This document shows positions 17,901-27,126 of a stretch of 47,771 nt of DNA, in pieces; the first letter of the stretch is position 1, and each line of letters opens with the position of its first letter. The notes beneath the pieces were generated by a model, which saw nothing but the letters and a program-made list of their open reading frames with translations, searched no databases and was not told where the DNA came from. The position numbers were made by a program, and so were the translations under genes. Origin of the DNA: a virus; the IMG/VR virus record IMGVR_UViG_3300000233_000003, positions 1-47,771 of that record. One strand, written 5' to 3'.

Positions 17901-20328
17901 TGTCCTTGAGCCAGTGAAGTTCCAAGGGGAAGTCTACAGAGTAGTGTCTCCTAGTGTTATTGATACCATCAACTACATCCAAAGCGTATCTCCTAAGCTC
18001 CTCAGTATGGCCAATGCCTCTCGGAAGATCAAGGGCATGGATAATGTTAATGACATTGGCCTCTGGCTTCCTTCTTTCAACCCTGTCAATAAGTTCATTG
18101 CTTATGTACAAGGCACTGATGACTCTACTAAGATCCTCTGGGCCAATACACAGGATCAGCTTACGGAAATTGTACGCAAGTATAAGGCCGGCATTGAGAC
18201 TAGTGGATCTGGTGAACGTGTTATTGAGAAGGGTGTAGAGCAGAGAGAATGGAGCCGCCTTAATGGACGTATGGATCCTATTCATATGACAGTGGCTGAT
18301 ACCTCTGCTCTCAAGACTGGTGCTTCAGCTTCTGCTATGATCCGCACAGATACTCAGGTGTTCGGTGAAATTGCTGGTGGTTATGAGCATTATATCAACA
18401 GTGAGATGCGCCAGCTTGCTGATCTTGCTATGAGCGATATCACAGAACAGCTTGATAAGATGAGCGCCATGAATCGTGGTAGCTTTGACGCACAGCCACT
18501 ATCATTGGTGAAGAAGATCACTGATGCACCTAAGGATGCGGCGGCCGTGATGAAGAATACCCTTCTTGGGAATCCTAACCTCGGAGAATATGAAGGATGG
18601 AAGTCTCTTAACCAAGGCTTTGAGTCTGCCCTGAGTATGGGTGTGCGCTCTGTAGATGCTATCTGGAAGAACACAGCAGCTCCTCTTGTTAAGGTTCTTG
18701 TGGGTAAGACAAAGGAACTTACACCTGAGGCTATGGCCCAGGTTGACTATGAAAAAGTTATGAAGGAGATGAAGGACAAGGGCATTGTCATCTGGAAGGG
18801 TTTCGATGATGAGATTGCCAAGGAGAGGGGCTTCGCTAAGCTAGAGGATAGCCCTGATATCAGTAAGCGTATCGTGTATGCCTCCAACGCATTGGCTGCC
18901 ACTATGATGCTGCGTGTTGGGGAACTTGCTCAGCCGCTAGTGAACATGATGAGCTTGCCTATCCTTACTTCTCTTGCTGCTGGTAGTGAAATGCCTGCCC
19001 ACTTCCTGGGAGTTGCTAAGGCTACAGCTAACGTATCTCCAACTCAAGTGATGTACGAAGGTATGCGAGCTTCTATGAGCCAGCTCCCTGTCTTTACAAA
19101 GTTAGAACAGAGGTGGATTAGGGAAGGTTACTTTGATTCTGTTGTCAGTGAAGCAAACAAAACACTCAGTGCAGCTAGAAGCATGAGTAAGGGCGCCATT
19201 GCTACAACAGAGAAGATGCTGGATAGCAATATCATTAACTGGATGTCTAAGCCAGCAGACTTCTCTGAGAAACTTGTGCGCAGGCAGACTATGTTCACAG
19301 GGGCCGTCCTCGCTAAGCGCCTCTATCCTGAGCTTGATGACGCAGGAGTCACAATCTTTGCTCGTGATTTCATGGACAAGGCAGTTGGTAACTTTGAAGC
19401 GTCTCAACGGCCAGTGTTCTTCCAAGGAACTCTTGGTGTTGCTCTTGGCTTGTTCCAGACATACTCCGTCACTCTTGCACAGAATATGTATAGGCAGCTG
19501 GAACTCAAGAACTATAAGAACTTGATGAAAGCTATGGCGCTACAGTCTGGGATCTTTGGTACAACTTCTATGCCTGGCTTTTCCCCTGTATCTCAGTTGA
19601 TAGGAGAGCACTTCTCAGATGATCACTACGACTTGGTTACTGGAACCTACAGGGCTTTGCCTGATAAGATGGCACAGAGTACACTCTATGGCCTACCATC
19701 TCTAAGTGGTGTCGGACTCTTTACTCGTGGAGATTCTAACTTCCGGGCGCCGGGAATTGATGGGGTGGTTGCTATCAATGCAGCTCAGCAGATTGTGCAG
19801 GCAGTAGGAGGTGTGGCTAGTGCAATGGGCCAAGGAAGCAATGCAGGCCAAGCTATGCTGCAAGCTCTTTCCCTACAAAATATCTCAAGGCCTTTAGCAA
19901 GGACAGCTGAGATAGCTACAGGGTACAGTGTTACAAGGCAGGGGAATACAGTGCAAACACCTGATGAAGTATGGACTACGACAGGTATTATCTCACGTGT
20001 GCTAGGGGCAAGGCCAGTAGAGGAAGCTCAGTTGAGGGAATATGACCACCTGAACACCTTCTATGGATCTGTAGATAGGGAGAACAGGCAGGCCGCAACC
20101 ATCAAACTCAAGAATGCTATCCGCAATGGAAACCTTACTGATGAAGGAATAGCAGACTACGCTGATGTGTATATGAGGAATGGAGGAAGTCCTCGTGGCT
20201 GGCAAGCAGCAGTCAATGAAGCACTTGGTAGAACTAACACTTCAGGGAAAGAAACCTTTGTTGAGAAGCTCAAACCAACAAGCCCTTTTATGCATATGAT
20301 GAATGGGCTTGATGGAGCAGGCTCCTAG
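14935..20328 (+). CDS. Giant internal virion or DNA-ejection protein candidate (1,797 aa) with a tentative ADP-ribosyltransferase-like segment (aa ~545-680)
   Basis: Last and largest structural gene (the T7 gp16 slot). The C-terminal third has several hydrophobic segments: LPILTSLAAGS, FFQGTLGVALGLFQTY and ALQSGIFGTTSMPGF. Also LYRG(614)...VVSYTT(630)...NAEILV(669). Confidence 0.5.
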   Translation: MSTLFGNSEGFDTEINNDYHSAKFDTQSNLVNDVLGGALATVVDAGASLWNSIPFTPEASTADLLSGISDNALRVYEENPETIHTASFIAGSLVPGGLAIKGMNAIRNGSKAVNWFTTAGKRQSLDEVASMFKAGAGETTAYRSAVRGIYAKTAVNQAIDAAAFEVAALGAMNAHPYVEDYMKDPVSNFGISILAGGVLGGAVGAIADNAAVKREAGSIYSNAIDFVFGKTAPINPTAPTTANLMAAHTNISLFDAIIKDRKIAGFTDANDLIYGMAAKAKIAATAEADTIFESMMSGSLSNLPLESKEIIKKRFATDAALLGVESFRPTAASDFTVKAVGKVKTAGDLTPEPTLIDITSKKGPTQPRAVEAVYYPGVGFGTKADLKHYAGANALPGTVESWAKDLPYNFGKTPNIDASFELMGKASADVQKSYIAVMEKVDKMTAAEISKLQVSISDGPLISAILAKSSKDPEVAALTIKTFDRSPVYKTVMQQKTEQLIASGVISKTGPTPTYQAAIDKIAGNGNINYYRPGRSGTGEGVTMLDDWISGNVNKMRKASIDYYGLKHGGFGAHNADTNAATAFAELVDSPASNKLRDDLRKLADANGDIFLYRGSKHKGTEQGHAAVVSYTTHATKGAQFGTVRLFKVNVDDVLMGFEDIGSGAHNAEILVRAGARAEEARIDKAGNLIQPAGAQTVQAAPAGSVINQTTTTISSVIDGGVDASLADLKRILSEQKKEAIDTLLAQGAPMQSIALKTNTPEIAVMTYASMKDKTADFLANLHPTDFSLVGSVDDFSKVLNKADQPLVIKGNIKKAQYVQAMASLNNRSLSTINSEITAASMFSSTNYYVQRAAEITFGEGRDIESVRYQLDFIKNALGKANNSLAGNAFINSADFFARNMGDLGPMVSSIGRKWEKLRNDFITEVNKPLAEHMTKISVNKAEVIEFNTFREVNASLKGWRGFRLDEDTQQWNIVQKIIKKDEAGKKITVLEPVKFQGEVYRVVSPSVIDTINYIQSVSPKLLSMANASRKIKGMDNVNDIGLWLPSFNPVNKFIAYVQGTDDSTKILWANTQDQLTEIVRKYKAGIETSGSGERVIEKGVEQREWSRLNGRMDPIHMTVADTSALKTGASASAMIRTDTQVFGEIAGGYEHYINSEMRQLADLAMSDITEQLDKMSAMNRGSFDAQPLSLVKKITDAPKDAAAVMKNTLLGNPNLGEYEGWKSLNQGFESALSMGVRSVDAIWKNTAAPLVKVLVGKTKELTPEAMAQVDYEKVMKEMKDKGIVIWKGFDDEIAKERGFAKLEDSPDISKRIVYASNALAATMMLRVGELAQPLVNMMSLPILTSLAAGSEMPAHFLGVAKATANVSPTQVMYEGMRASMSQLPVFTKLEQRWIREGYFDSVVSEANKTLSAARSMSKGAIATTEKMLDSNIINWMSKPADFSEKLVRRQTMFTGAVLAKRLYPELDDAGVTIFARDFMDKAVGNFEASQRPVFFQGTLGVALGLFQTYSVTLAQNMYRQLELKNYKNLMKAMALQSGIFGTTSMPGFSPVSQLIGEHFSDDHYDLVTGTYRALPDKMAQSTLYGLPSLSGVGLFTRGDSNFRAPGIDGVVAINAAQQIVQAVGGVASAMGQGSNAGQAMLQALSLQNISRPLARTAEIATGYSVTRQGNTVQTPDEVWTTTGIISRVLGARPVEEAQLREYDHLNTFYGSVDRENRQAATIKLKNAIRNGNLTDEGIADYADVYMRNGGSPRGWQAAVNEALGRTNTSGKETFVEKLKPTSPFMHMMNGLDGAGS

Positions 20329-20358
20329 CCTTCGGCTAAGAAAGTAGTTGCGCAGCAA

Positions 20359-20395
20359 AAAGCCCCAACCTCTATTATCTAGGGGAAGGGGCTTT
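20359..20395. terminator. Putative bidirectional terminator at the convergence of the two arms
   Basis: aaagcccc (20359..20366) pairs with ggggcttt (20388..20395). T-rich tracts follow on both strands (ctttcttgtttg on +, cttttt on -). The 21-nt loop is long, and an alternative cccc/gggg pairing exists inside it. Confidence 0.5.
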
Positions 20396-20406
20396 CTTGT
20401 TTGTCT

Positions 20407-20760
20407 TTACTTTCTCATCAGCATTGAATCTACGACTGCTTTAAAGAGATAGTCTTTTATCCGTTGAGAAGTAGCAAGTTCATCATAAGGCACAAAGCAA
20501 GGATGCTCTTTCTTCTCTTCATTCTTCCTATCTCCATACTTCCATCCATCAAGGGCCTTCTGTGCCAGCCAAGAGTTATGAGAATCAGATGGCTTAACAG
20601 AAGGATTATATATATGGTACGCTACACCTTTAATAGCAGAGTCCTTCTGCCACTGAGGTGCCTCATCCCAAGGCTTCTGGCTATCATCTCCTAGGACTTT
20701 GCAGTATGCCCTATTGGTTTCATGGCACACGGAAGCTATCTCATCTGTAGTAAACATCAT
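20407..20760 (-). CDS. RyR (ryanodine-receptor repeat, PF02026-like) domain protein (117 aa)
   Basis: HNSWLAQKALDGWKYGDRKNEEKKEHPCFVPYDELATSQRIKD matches the H..W...K...GW.YG......K.HP.LVPY.EL....K.KD pattern of bacterial and phage RyR domains. It is the last gene of the - arm. Confidence 0.6.
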   Translation of the reverse strand: MMFTTDEIASVCHETNRAYCKVLGDDSQKPWDEAPQWQKDSAIKGVAYHIYNPSVKPSDSHNSWLAQKALDGWKYGDRKNEEKKEHPCFVPYDELATSQRIKDYLFKAVVDSMLMRK

Positions 20761-20771
20761 ATTCTCCTAAA

Positions 20772-21050
20772 TTAGCGCGGATGCGCGGTTGATATACCAA
20801 AGAGTTCTACGTGAGCTTTTTCAAGTAGCATATAATCAGCTCTTACAAGTTCAGCAGCTATAGTTTTCCTAACTTCACCTGCTACCCAGAACTCAAAAGT
20901 ATCAATGAGAGAGTTAAGGCGTACGCCACTCCATTCTTTTGCTTTCAATTCTGACGAAGTCAGAAAGTCTGGATGATCTGGCCTTTTAACATCTTCAGTG
21001 ATGCTCTTACTTAAATTAAATAGAATTGGATTAAGTTTTGCTTTGCTCAT
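20772..21050 (-). CDS. Hypothetical protein (92 aa)
   Basis: ATG start, tight spacing between the DHH and RyR genes. No motif recognised. Confidence 0.65.
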   Translation of the reverse strand: MSKAKLNPILFNLSKSITEDVKRPDHPDFLTSSELKAKEWSGVRLNSLIDTFEFWVAGEVRKTIAAELVRADYMLLEKAHVELFGISTAHPR

Positions 21051-21059
21051 GATTTTCTC

Positions 21060-21989
21060 CTAGAGAAGCGCCAGTAAATGCGTTCTTGGAACAGAGAATC
21101 CAGCAGCATTCTTATGTCCGCCACCCCCATAGAATCCAGCTACAATGGAAACATCCATGCCTATATCTTTTACAGAACGTAGAGAAAACTTCCTTGCTTC
21201 TGCTGTATCATAATAGGTAGCAGCAAATTTTGTACCTTTCATGAATTCAGTTGCCATGATATTCCCTGCATCAGAAGCCATAGTATACGGCATAGAAGCT
21301 ACAGGAACCTTGTAAGTACCTATAACCATTGCTCTTTTAGCTACTGCCAAAAGCTCTTTTATGTCTTTCATATGCTTTCTTTCAATAGCAGACCCAGCAG
21401 ATTTCATGGCATCTATTGTAGTCATTCCACTAAGAATGAGGCTGTCCCAATGATTAAAGTTATAGTCATAGGAGAATAGGCAAGAAGCTACCTCCCTACT
21501 TCCCTCTAGTTTAAACTTCCAGAGATCACGATCTTCAATGTAAGAGAGAAGAAGGGGTGGCTCATAGTAATATTCTGAAGTTGGATCAATTGGCTCATTG
21601 TAGGCTAGACCATTGTGTAAAAAGTTCCATGCAAGCATAGCACCGCTACTATCAATAGCAGTAACTGCCTGGAAGTTCTTCTGATACTCCTCTGAAAGAG
21701 GATTAGAAAGGGGCTCAAGGTCTTTGATAGCAGAGACATGATGATCAATGAAGTATACAAAGTCAGCCTCTGCGCAAATCTTTTTAACAGTCTCCTTCTT
21801 ATATGAGAAGTCCACAAGATAGACAATCTTACCTGTGCAATCAGGTGGCTCTTGGCCATAGACTCCTGGATGGAACTCATAAGTTCCTGAGCTGTAATTC
21901 CAGAAGCACCAAGCTGCCCCAAAGCCATCAGCACAATTGCCATGATATATAACAAGCGGACGCTTAGTAATAGAGTTAGTGGAATCCAT
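21060..21989 (-). CDS. DHH/DHHA1-family phosphoesterase, NrnB-like (COG2404-like), 309 aa
   Basis: Motifs YHGNCADGFGAAW (H.N.DG), FIDHHVS (DHH) and GGGHKNAAGF (the DHHA1 GGGH motif). Confidence 0.75.
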   Translation of the reverse strand: MDSTNSITKRPLVIYHGNCADGFGAAWCFWNYSSGTYEFHPGVYGQEPPDCTGKIVYLVDFSYKKETVKKICAEADFVYFIDHHVSAIKDLEPLSNPLSEEYQKNFQAVTAIDSSGAMLAWNFLHNGLAYNEPIDPTSEYYYEPPLLLSYIEDRDLWKFKLEGSREVASCLFSYDYNFNHWDSLILSGMTTIDAMKSAGSAIERKHMKDIKELLAVAKRAMVIGTYKVPVASMPYTMASDAGNIMATEFMKGTKFAATYYDTAEARKFSLRSVKDIGMDVSIVAGFYGGGGHKNAAGFSVPRTHLLALL

Positions 21990-23217
21990 CTTCGAACCTT
22001 TCAGTTTTTGTTAGCCAGTTAGTATCTAGTAAATGCGCTGGCCAGGCAGCAGCTACTTTTATCTTAGGCATATAGCCAGTCTTACCACGAATTTGCATAA
22101 CTTGTATCTTATCAGCAGCTTTCAATGAGGAAAGAATCTCTGCTAATTCAGTAACTTTTGTAATGTCTTTATGTACAACCTTCCATATGTCTGTTGAAGT
22201 TGCTGGCATTGTTCTATGCATAAGGTACTCAATGATTGCACCTGATACAACAGCATACTTGTTCTTTCCATATTCGCCCAAGGCTCTAGGCATACTTTTC
22301 TCAGCAACGGCCAACATGGTATTGGCTCTAAGCATATGTTCTTCATCTATATTCTCCTTAAGTTCAGCGGCGGCCATTATAAGACTTAATTTAAGCAAGT
22401 GTATATACCTCCGTTGTGCATAGTAAAGAAACCGTGGATCATCTACTGGTAGCTGAGATGCATATAACTCTGTACCAAGTTTCTTGGCAGCAGAAGTGAC
22501 ACCAAACTTCCCACTAAGAGCTTTTATATCCCTCATCCTATCTACAAGCTTGTCTTTCTTTGTAGAACATAGGTCAGCTGGCCATGCTATCTTGATGCCA
22601 GTAGGTTCAGAGTGCACCAGTAAGACACGTGAAAGGAAGCCATTACCAAGAGCCTCAGGAGGGAAAGCTAATGCAAACCCTTGCACAGTATTACCACCAA
22701 GGAGATTCACTGTAGGCTTCTCTACTCTTACACTCTTACCAGTGATCTTAGGCTGGTCATAATGTGGTAAGTTGTCCCAGAGATTAGTGAGCATGGTAAC
22801 GAACTCCATGTTATTCTGCCCAATGAAGTCAGTAAACTCACCTGAGCAAATGTAAGATTCTGAAGCAGCCTCCATGTCAATAGACTCTAGATCATCAAAG
22901 CCAGCAACCAGATCCAAGGACTTCATATCCATAAGGAAGCGTTCTTTGGAAGTCTTGTCCGCAGCGAACCTTGAATAGCCTATAGATTTGAGCAGCCCTT
23001 TTCCAATACCCATAGCGGAACCCTTGCGAGTTCCAGGAGATCCCATCAGCATTATGAACTGGTTAGGATATATAGTGTGAGGGCCAAGATCAAACTGCAC
23101 ACTCCTTCCTAGCAAGGCTCCTAGTATAGAAGCACACACCCACCTATGATATATGGCAGGGGCTTCAGAATGTTCAAGGTCAGCATAGTCCATGTACTCC
23201 GTAAAGAAGTCTTTCAT
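21976..23217 (-). CDS. P-loop NTPase resembling DUF3987 or primase-associated (VirE/P4-alpha type) helicase domains (413 aa)
   Basis: Walker A MGSPGTRKGS is preceded by the pattern E.P......W..S.LGALLGR.V......IYPN typical of DUF3987. I preferred the start at 23217 because it forms an ATGA overlap with the polymerase stop. The track start at 23232 is also possible. Confidence 0.5.
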   Translation of the reverse strand: MKDFFTEYMDYADLEHSEAPAIYHRWVCASILGALLGRSVQFDLGPHTIYPNQFIMLMGSPGTRKGSAMGIGKGLLKSIGYSRFAADKTSKERFLMDMKSLDLVAGFDDLESIDMEAASESYICSGEFTDFIGQNNMEFVTMLTNLWDNLPHYDQPKITGKSVRVEKPTVNLLGGNTVQGFALAFPPEALGNGFLSRVLLVHSEPTGIKIAWPADLCSTKKDKLVDRMRDIKALSGKFGVTSAAKKLGTELYASQLPVDDPRFLYYAQRRYIHLLKLSLIMAAAELKENIDEEHMLRANTMLAVAEKSMPRALGEYGKNKYAVVSGAIIEYLMHRTMPATSTDIWKVVHKDITKVTELAEILSSLKAADKIQVMQIRGKTGYMPKIKVAAAWPAHLLDTNWLTKTERFEDGFH

Positions 23218-25517
23218 TTTGGAGCCTTCCATTTCCGCGTTCCGCTAGGGTTGCCAGAATCTGCTTCTGCCCAGTTATTCCCATACTTGATATCCACCGG
23301 GATAACCATTGTTCTGCCATGCACTTTAATAGGATTGTTCATCATCTCAAGGACACGTGGAGCATAGTAGTCTCGCTTCTCTATCTTCCATTGCCCAAAG
23401 ATAGAATCATGAATCTGTGCTTTGATACGGATATCCCCATTAGAGGGCAGTACAAGCTCCTTGTAGACACGCAGTAGGCCAGTATCAAGTACAGTCACGG
23501 ATAAGTTCTGAGGTTGATGAGCCACCGCGCCACGAAGCATATTGTGGTTTTTAGTAATATCACCGAAGAACCTACGAGTGTGACCAGTAGGACCAACAAG
23601 ATAACCAGTGGATGCAATTTCATTATACAGTTCCTTGTACCAGAGTTTAACTCTAGGGAATGGTTTATGATATGATTCTAGGAGAGAGGCAGCGAACTTC
23701 TTGATAGTGGTTTCTTCTGGATGCTTAGCCCTTGGTGTTGTTACTAAGGAGATACCAATGTGGGCAGCAGTCTCATAGAGGATACGAACTCCAATATTCT
23801 CAATGAAAGTCTTGGCGCCCATCATGTAGTTTGTGCCATGGACAATCTTCTTGAGTACTTTATTTCTAAAGAAGTCCGATACTTCTTCATATGGAATGTT
23901 AAAGAATAAGGTACCAAGTGTCTTGTAGAAGTCTTTTGTAGCATTTTCAAGAGCAGCAATGAGGGCTTCCTCTTGAGAACAGTATGCAGTTGTTCTTCCT
24001 TCTGACTGCTTATTATCTGCCTCGAAAAGCTCATATCCATCATCAGCCACCAGCATTTGTTTAGCGTATCCTGGGATATTCTGTACTTGAGTTCCACACC
24101 AGAGTGATGAAGAAGAACACGCCATACGGCCAGTCTCTGTTCCAAAAGGGTTGAGAGCCCATAATAAACGTCCTTGGTATTGGAGGAAGTCATAATAAGT
24201 TCCTATTGCTTTCTGTGCGCCACGATAGTCTATGATCTGCGTCGTCAGGCGCTCTAATAATGGATGCTGCTCACCAACTGCTACAAGATTCTTTTCATCT
24301 GTACCAGATTTGCTCTTGCCAATGCCAGGTTTCTTAGCTCCAAATACTCTATAGATATACTTCTCTACTTGCTGCCATGAGCCTGGATTGAAGTTAGGAT
24401 CAGCGAACATCTCTCTAAGTTCTGTCTGAGCGTCAGCTAATTGTGTTGAACTTTCTTCCCTAAGTTTACTTCGTACTGCGGAATCAATCTGAAGCCCTTC
24501 AAAGTTGCAATAGAGGGCAGGGTACACTAGAGGGAATTTAGCAGCGTAGTTTTTATAAGCATACTTAGGGGAAGTGCGTAGTTGCTCAATAAGGATTCGA
24601 GCGCCCCACCATGTATCCTTGGCATTGTAGCTCCAGTATGATTCTATGTCCTTGCTCTTAGAAGCCGCCTCTGCCTGATCCTTCCAGAAGATGTAATCAT
24701 AGCAATTGTAAGAGCATACGAAGTCAAGGGTCTTAGGGAGTTCACTGTATGCAGCATGAGCCATAGCCATCGTATCATACGTCCAGTTCAGTGGCTCTGC
24801 ATGGTAGCGGATAGAGTGGGTGCAGTCATACATACCATTGTGCATGGCTTTGATAGAAGGGAGAGCATTGATTCTGCGAAGCAGGGAGAGGGCCTTGCCA
24901 TAGTCCTTATCTGATTCCCAGTAATCTGTACCAAAGTTAATCAGAGGAAGAACATAAGTACGTAGGGAGCCATCAAGGTGTATGCCAGTCCATGAGGCGC
25001 AGGTTATTCTTGTCTCTCCAGCATTCTCTACACCACAGGATGTAAAGGAAGGGAGCGTCGAAGTCTCTACGTCATAGTAGATAACAAAGGCCCGCTGAAG
25101 ATCATTGAAAGCTTCAGAAAAGTCCTGAGTTCTCCTAAGAACATCAAAAGAGAAAGCCATAGGAGCTTTGCTAAGATGCTTGAGCTTAGCTATGTCCTGA
25201 TCTAGAAGCCACTCACCATGCGGAACAGTGTGGATATGCTCTAGCTTATTGAGGATAATTGTAGGTGTGGAGAAGTTTAAGCGAGAGCCGCGCCACTTAT
25301 CTACTGTGGGTTTCTCACCAGGCACACAGTAGCGGAGGGTCTGCTCATTTGTAAGAAGGATAGCAGAAGCATTGATGCGCTTTGCTTTCTCAAGAAGTTC
25401 TCCTATTGTCATATCCGTAGCGGTGTACATACCAGTAACACCATGCTTCTGAAGGATATAAGCTAGGGCGGAAATATGGGGTTTTTCTTCTTTGTTGTAA
25501 TTAACAAGGACTCGCAT
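23214..25517 (-). CDS. Family A DNA polymerase with 3'-5' exonuclease domain (767 aa)
   Basis: Exo I YYDVETS. Pol motif A LFEADNKQSEGR, motif B RNKVLKKIVHGTNYMMG and motif C AQIHDSIF. An extra N-terminal domain of ~140 aa has no recognisable function. Confidence 0.85.
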   Translation of the reverse strand: MRVLVNYNKEEKPHISALAYILQKHGVTGMYTATDMTIGELLEKAKRINASAILLTNEQTLRYCVPGEKPTVDKWRGSRLNFSTPTIILNKLEHIHTVPHGEWLLDQDIAKLKHLSKAPMAFSFDVLRRTQDFSEAFNDLQRAFVIYYDVETSTLPSFTSCGVENAGETRITCASWTGIHLDGSLRTYVLPLINFGTDYWESDKDYGKALSLLRRINALPSIKAMHNGMYDCTHSIRYHAEPLNWTYDTMAMAHAAYSELPKTLDFVCSYNCYDYIFWKDQAEAASKSKDIESYWSYNAKDTWWGARILIEQLRTSPKYAYKNYAAKFPLVYPALYCNFEGLQIDSAVRSKLREESSTQLADAQTELREMFADPNFNPGSWQQVEKYIYRVFGAKKPGIGKSKSGTDEKNLVAVGEQHPLLERLTTQIIDYRGAQKAIGTYYDFLQYQGRLLWALNPFGTETGRMACSSSSLWCGTQVQNIPGYAKQMLVADDGYELFEADNKQSEGRTTAYCSQEEALIAALENATKDFYKTLGTLFFNIPYEEVSDFFRNKVLKKIVHGTNYMMGAKTFIENIGVRILYETAAHIGISLVTTPRAKHPEETTIKKFAASLLESYHKPFPRVKLWYKELYNEIASTGYLVGPTGHTRRFFGDITKNHNMLRGAVAHQPQNLSVTVLDTGLLRVYKELVLPSNGDIRIKAQIHDSIFGQWKIEKRDYYAPRVLEMMNNPIKVHGRTMVIPVDIKYGNNWAEADSGNPSGTRKWKAPK

Positions 25518-25611
25518 TATGTTTCTTTTTTAGTGGAAGGGCCAGCAAAATAGGAGACTCTCTTGTGAAGAATCCCCTATATTAAAGCTCTCTATTTAAA
25601 AGCGGTAGCTC

Positions 25612-26097
25612 TTAGGCTGGAGCATTCACAGCACGAACACTGACATTCTCAAACACTTGCTTGGTCAGAGGATCAGTAGTAGAGCGAATTGTAATCCGTG
25701 CATCGAATTCTGCATCAGCCAAACCGTCAATCACATCCTTGATAGAAGCACCTTCAAAGGAAGTAACATTCAAGGCACCCATAGCAGCTTTCTTGAAGAA
25801 CTTGATACCATCTTCTGTGGCCATAAAGGTTTCAGAGAACATAGAACCATCTGCAACAGGGATACTACCAGCGGCAACTTCCTTGGTGGCCATGATAATA
25901 TAGCTCAGACGGATACGCTGTTTCTGCACATCAGGCTCAGCCTTGCTTTTGTATTTTTCGATCTTGGCTTCTTTGACCTTCAGGGTATAGTTGCCAGCAG
26001 GAGGGGTAACAAAGTCAGGCAAAGTTTCCACTTCGTCCATCTTGATATCCATCATAGCGTCGAGGTCAAGGATGGTGGCTTCTGTTTTTGCGTTCAT
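25612..26097 (-). CDS. Putative ssDNA-binding protein, DUF669-like (161 aa)
   Basis: LPDFVTPPAGNYTLKVKEAKIEKYKSK...RIRLSYII fits the P.G.Y.....EA....SK pattern of DUF669 proteins, which typically neighbour AAA_24/Sak4 ATPases. The synteny is as expected. Confidence 0.4.
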   Translation of the reverse strand: MNAKTEATILDLDAMMDIKMDEVETLPDFVTPPAGNYTLKVKEAKIEKYKSKAEPDVQKQRIRLSYIIMATKEVAAGSIPVADGSMFSETFMATEDGIKFFKKAAMGALNVTSFEGASIKDVIDGLADAEFDARITIRSTTDPLTKQVFENVSVRAVNAPA

Positions 26098-26171
26098 GAT
26101 GATATTTCCTAATTAAAACTTGATAAAAATAAACTAACTGTTGAAAGAGAAGGAGTCGTTGCGAGTAGTAT

Positions 26172-27122
26172 CTATTTCTTAAGTGCTAACCTTTCTGCTA
26201 AAGATAGTGGTTTATTGACAACTGCGGCTGACTCTGGCTCAAGAGCTTCTACTGCCGCACCTAGCGAAGTCTGGATAACGTCAGGGAGGAAGCCAGCTTT
26301 CAGAATACCTGCATCAATAAGAATGGCCTTCATTGTAGGCTTATCATTCCCTTCGATAAGAGCATTCACACGGCTTCCTGTTATTAAGTCTCCTCTGTAT
26401 GTGGAGGAAGAACCTGCTACGTGCTTGTTCATCTTCTTATGCACATAGACAACAGTACCAAAGAACTTAGCACACTTGGAAGAAAAGGCTTTGGAACCCA
26501 TGAGTGGGTAGATTTTATCTTTCCCTTCATTATCTTCTAATGGCAGCTCATGAGTGACTACGACAAAGTTAGTATGTGTGGCCTGCTGCACTACGCTCAT
26601 AACATCACCGAGCCACTTGTTAACCATACCATATTCATCAAATGTAGGCTTGAACATCTGGGGCTTTCCTAAGCACGCAGCAGCAAGAGCCGAATCCCCT
26701 AGCTGGGAACCAGAGTCTATGACAACTAAGTCATTATGCGTACACTGAGATAGGCACCAACTGATAAATGGTTTTTTAGCAGAGAGGCAGGTGGCGCAAT
26801 CTACTTTCCCATGTTCTTCGCATATCTTGACAGGAGATTTAGCTGAGAAAGCCTTTAGCATAGTCTCGATACCAATAGGATTGTCACGAGTGTCACGTAC
26901 TTTGATGACAATGACCTTAGACATTTCCTCATCTGTCAAACCCATCCGAAGCAGAGTCTCAATGCCATTCTCCAAATCAAACCAGTAGATCTTAGATACT
27001 TCTGGAATAGTGGCAGCAGTAGCAGCAAGGCGGCTCTTGCCTGTCTTAGGTGGACCATAGATAAGAACAGCATGATTGTTGCTGACGGTAGCTACGGCTT
27101 TTGATAAAGCTAATAAGTCCAT
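26172..27122 (-). CDS. AAA_24/Sak4-like RecA-fold ATPase (316 aa)
   Basis: Walker A LIYGPPKTGKSRLA and Walker B-like LVVIDSGS. Cys cluster CEEHGKVDCATC...WCLSQC. The C-terminus ends in LSLAERLALKK. Confidence 0.6.
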   Translation of the reverse strand: MDLLALSKAVATVSNNHAVLIYGPPKTGKSRLAATAATIPEVSKIYWFDLENGIETLLRMGLTDEEMSKVIVIKVRDTRDNPIGIETMLKAFSAKSPVKICEEHGKVDCATCLSAKKPFISWCLSQCTHNDLVVIDSGSQLGDSALAAACLGKPQMFKPTFDEYGMVNKWLGDVMSVVQQATHTNFVVVTHELPLEDNEGKDKIYPLMGSKAFSSKCAKFFGTVVYVHKKMNKHVAGSSSTYRGDLITGSRVNALIEGNDKPTMKAILIDAGILKAGFLPDVIQTSLGAAVEALEPESAAVVNKPLSLAERLALKK

Positions 27123-27126
27123 GATA

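Noticed and set aside
14935-20328. The 1,797-aa protein read as an N4-like virion RNA polymerase
   Set aside because: I could not find T7-like RNAP motifs (the D..SG.Q-type motif A, or motif C HDS/HDA in the right context). The size, the position at the end of the structural operon and the hydrophobic C-terminal segments fit an ejection or internal core protein better.
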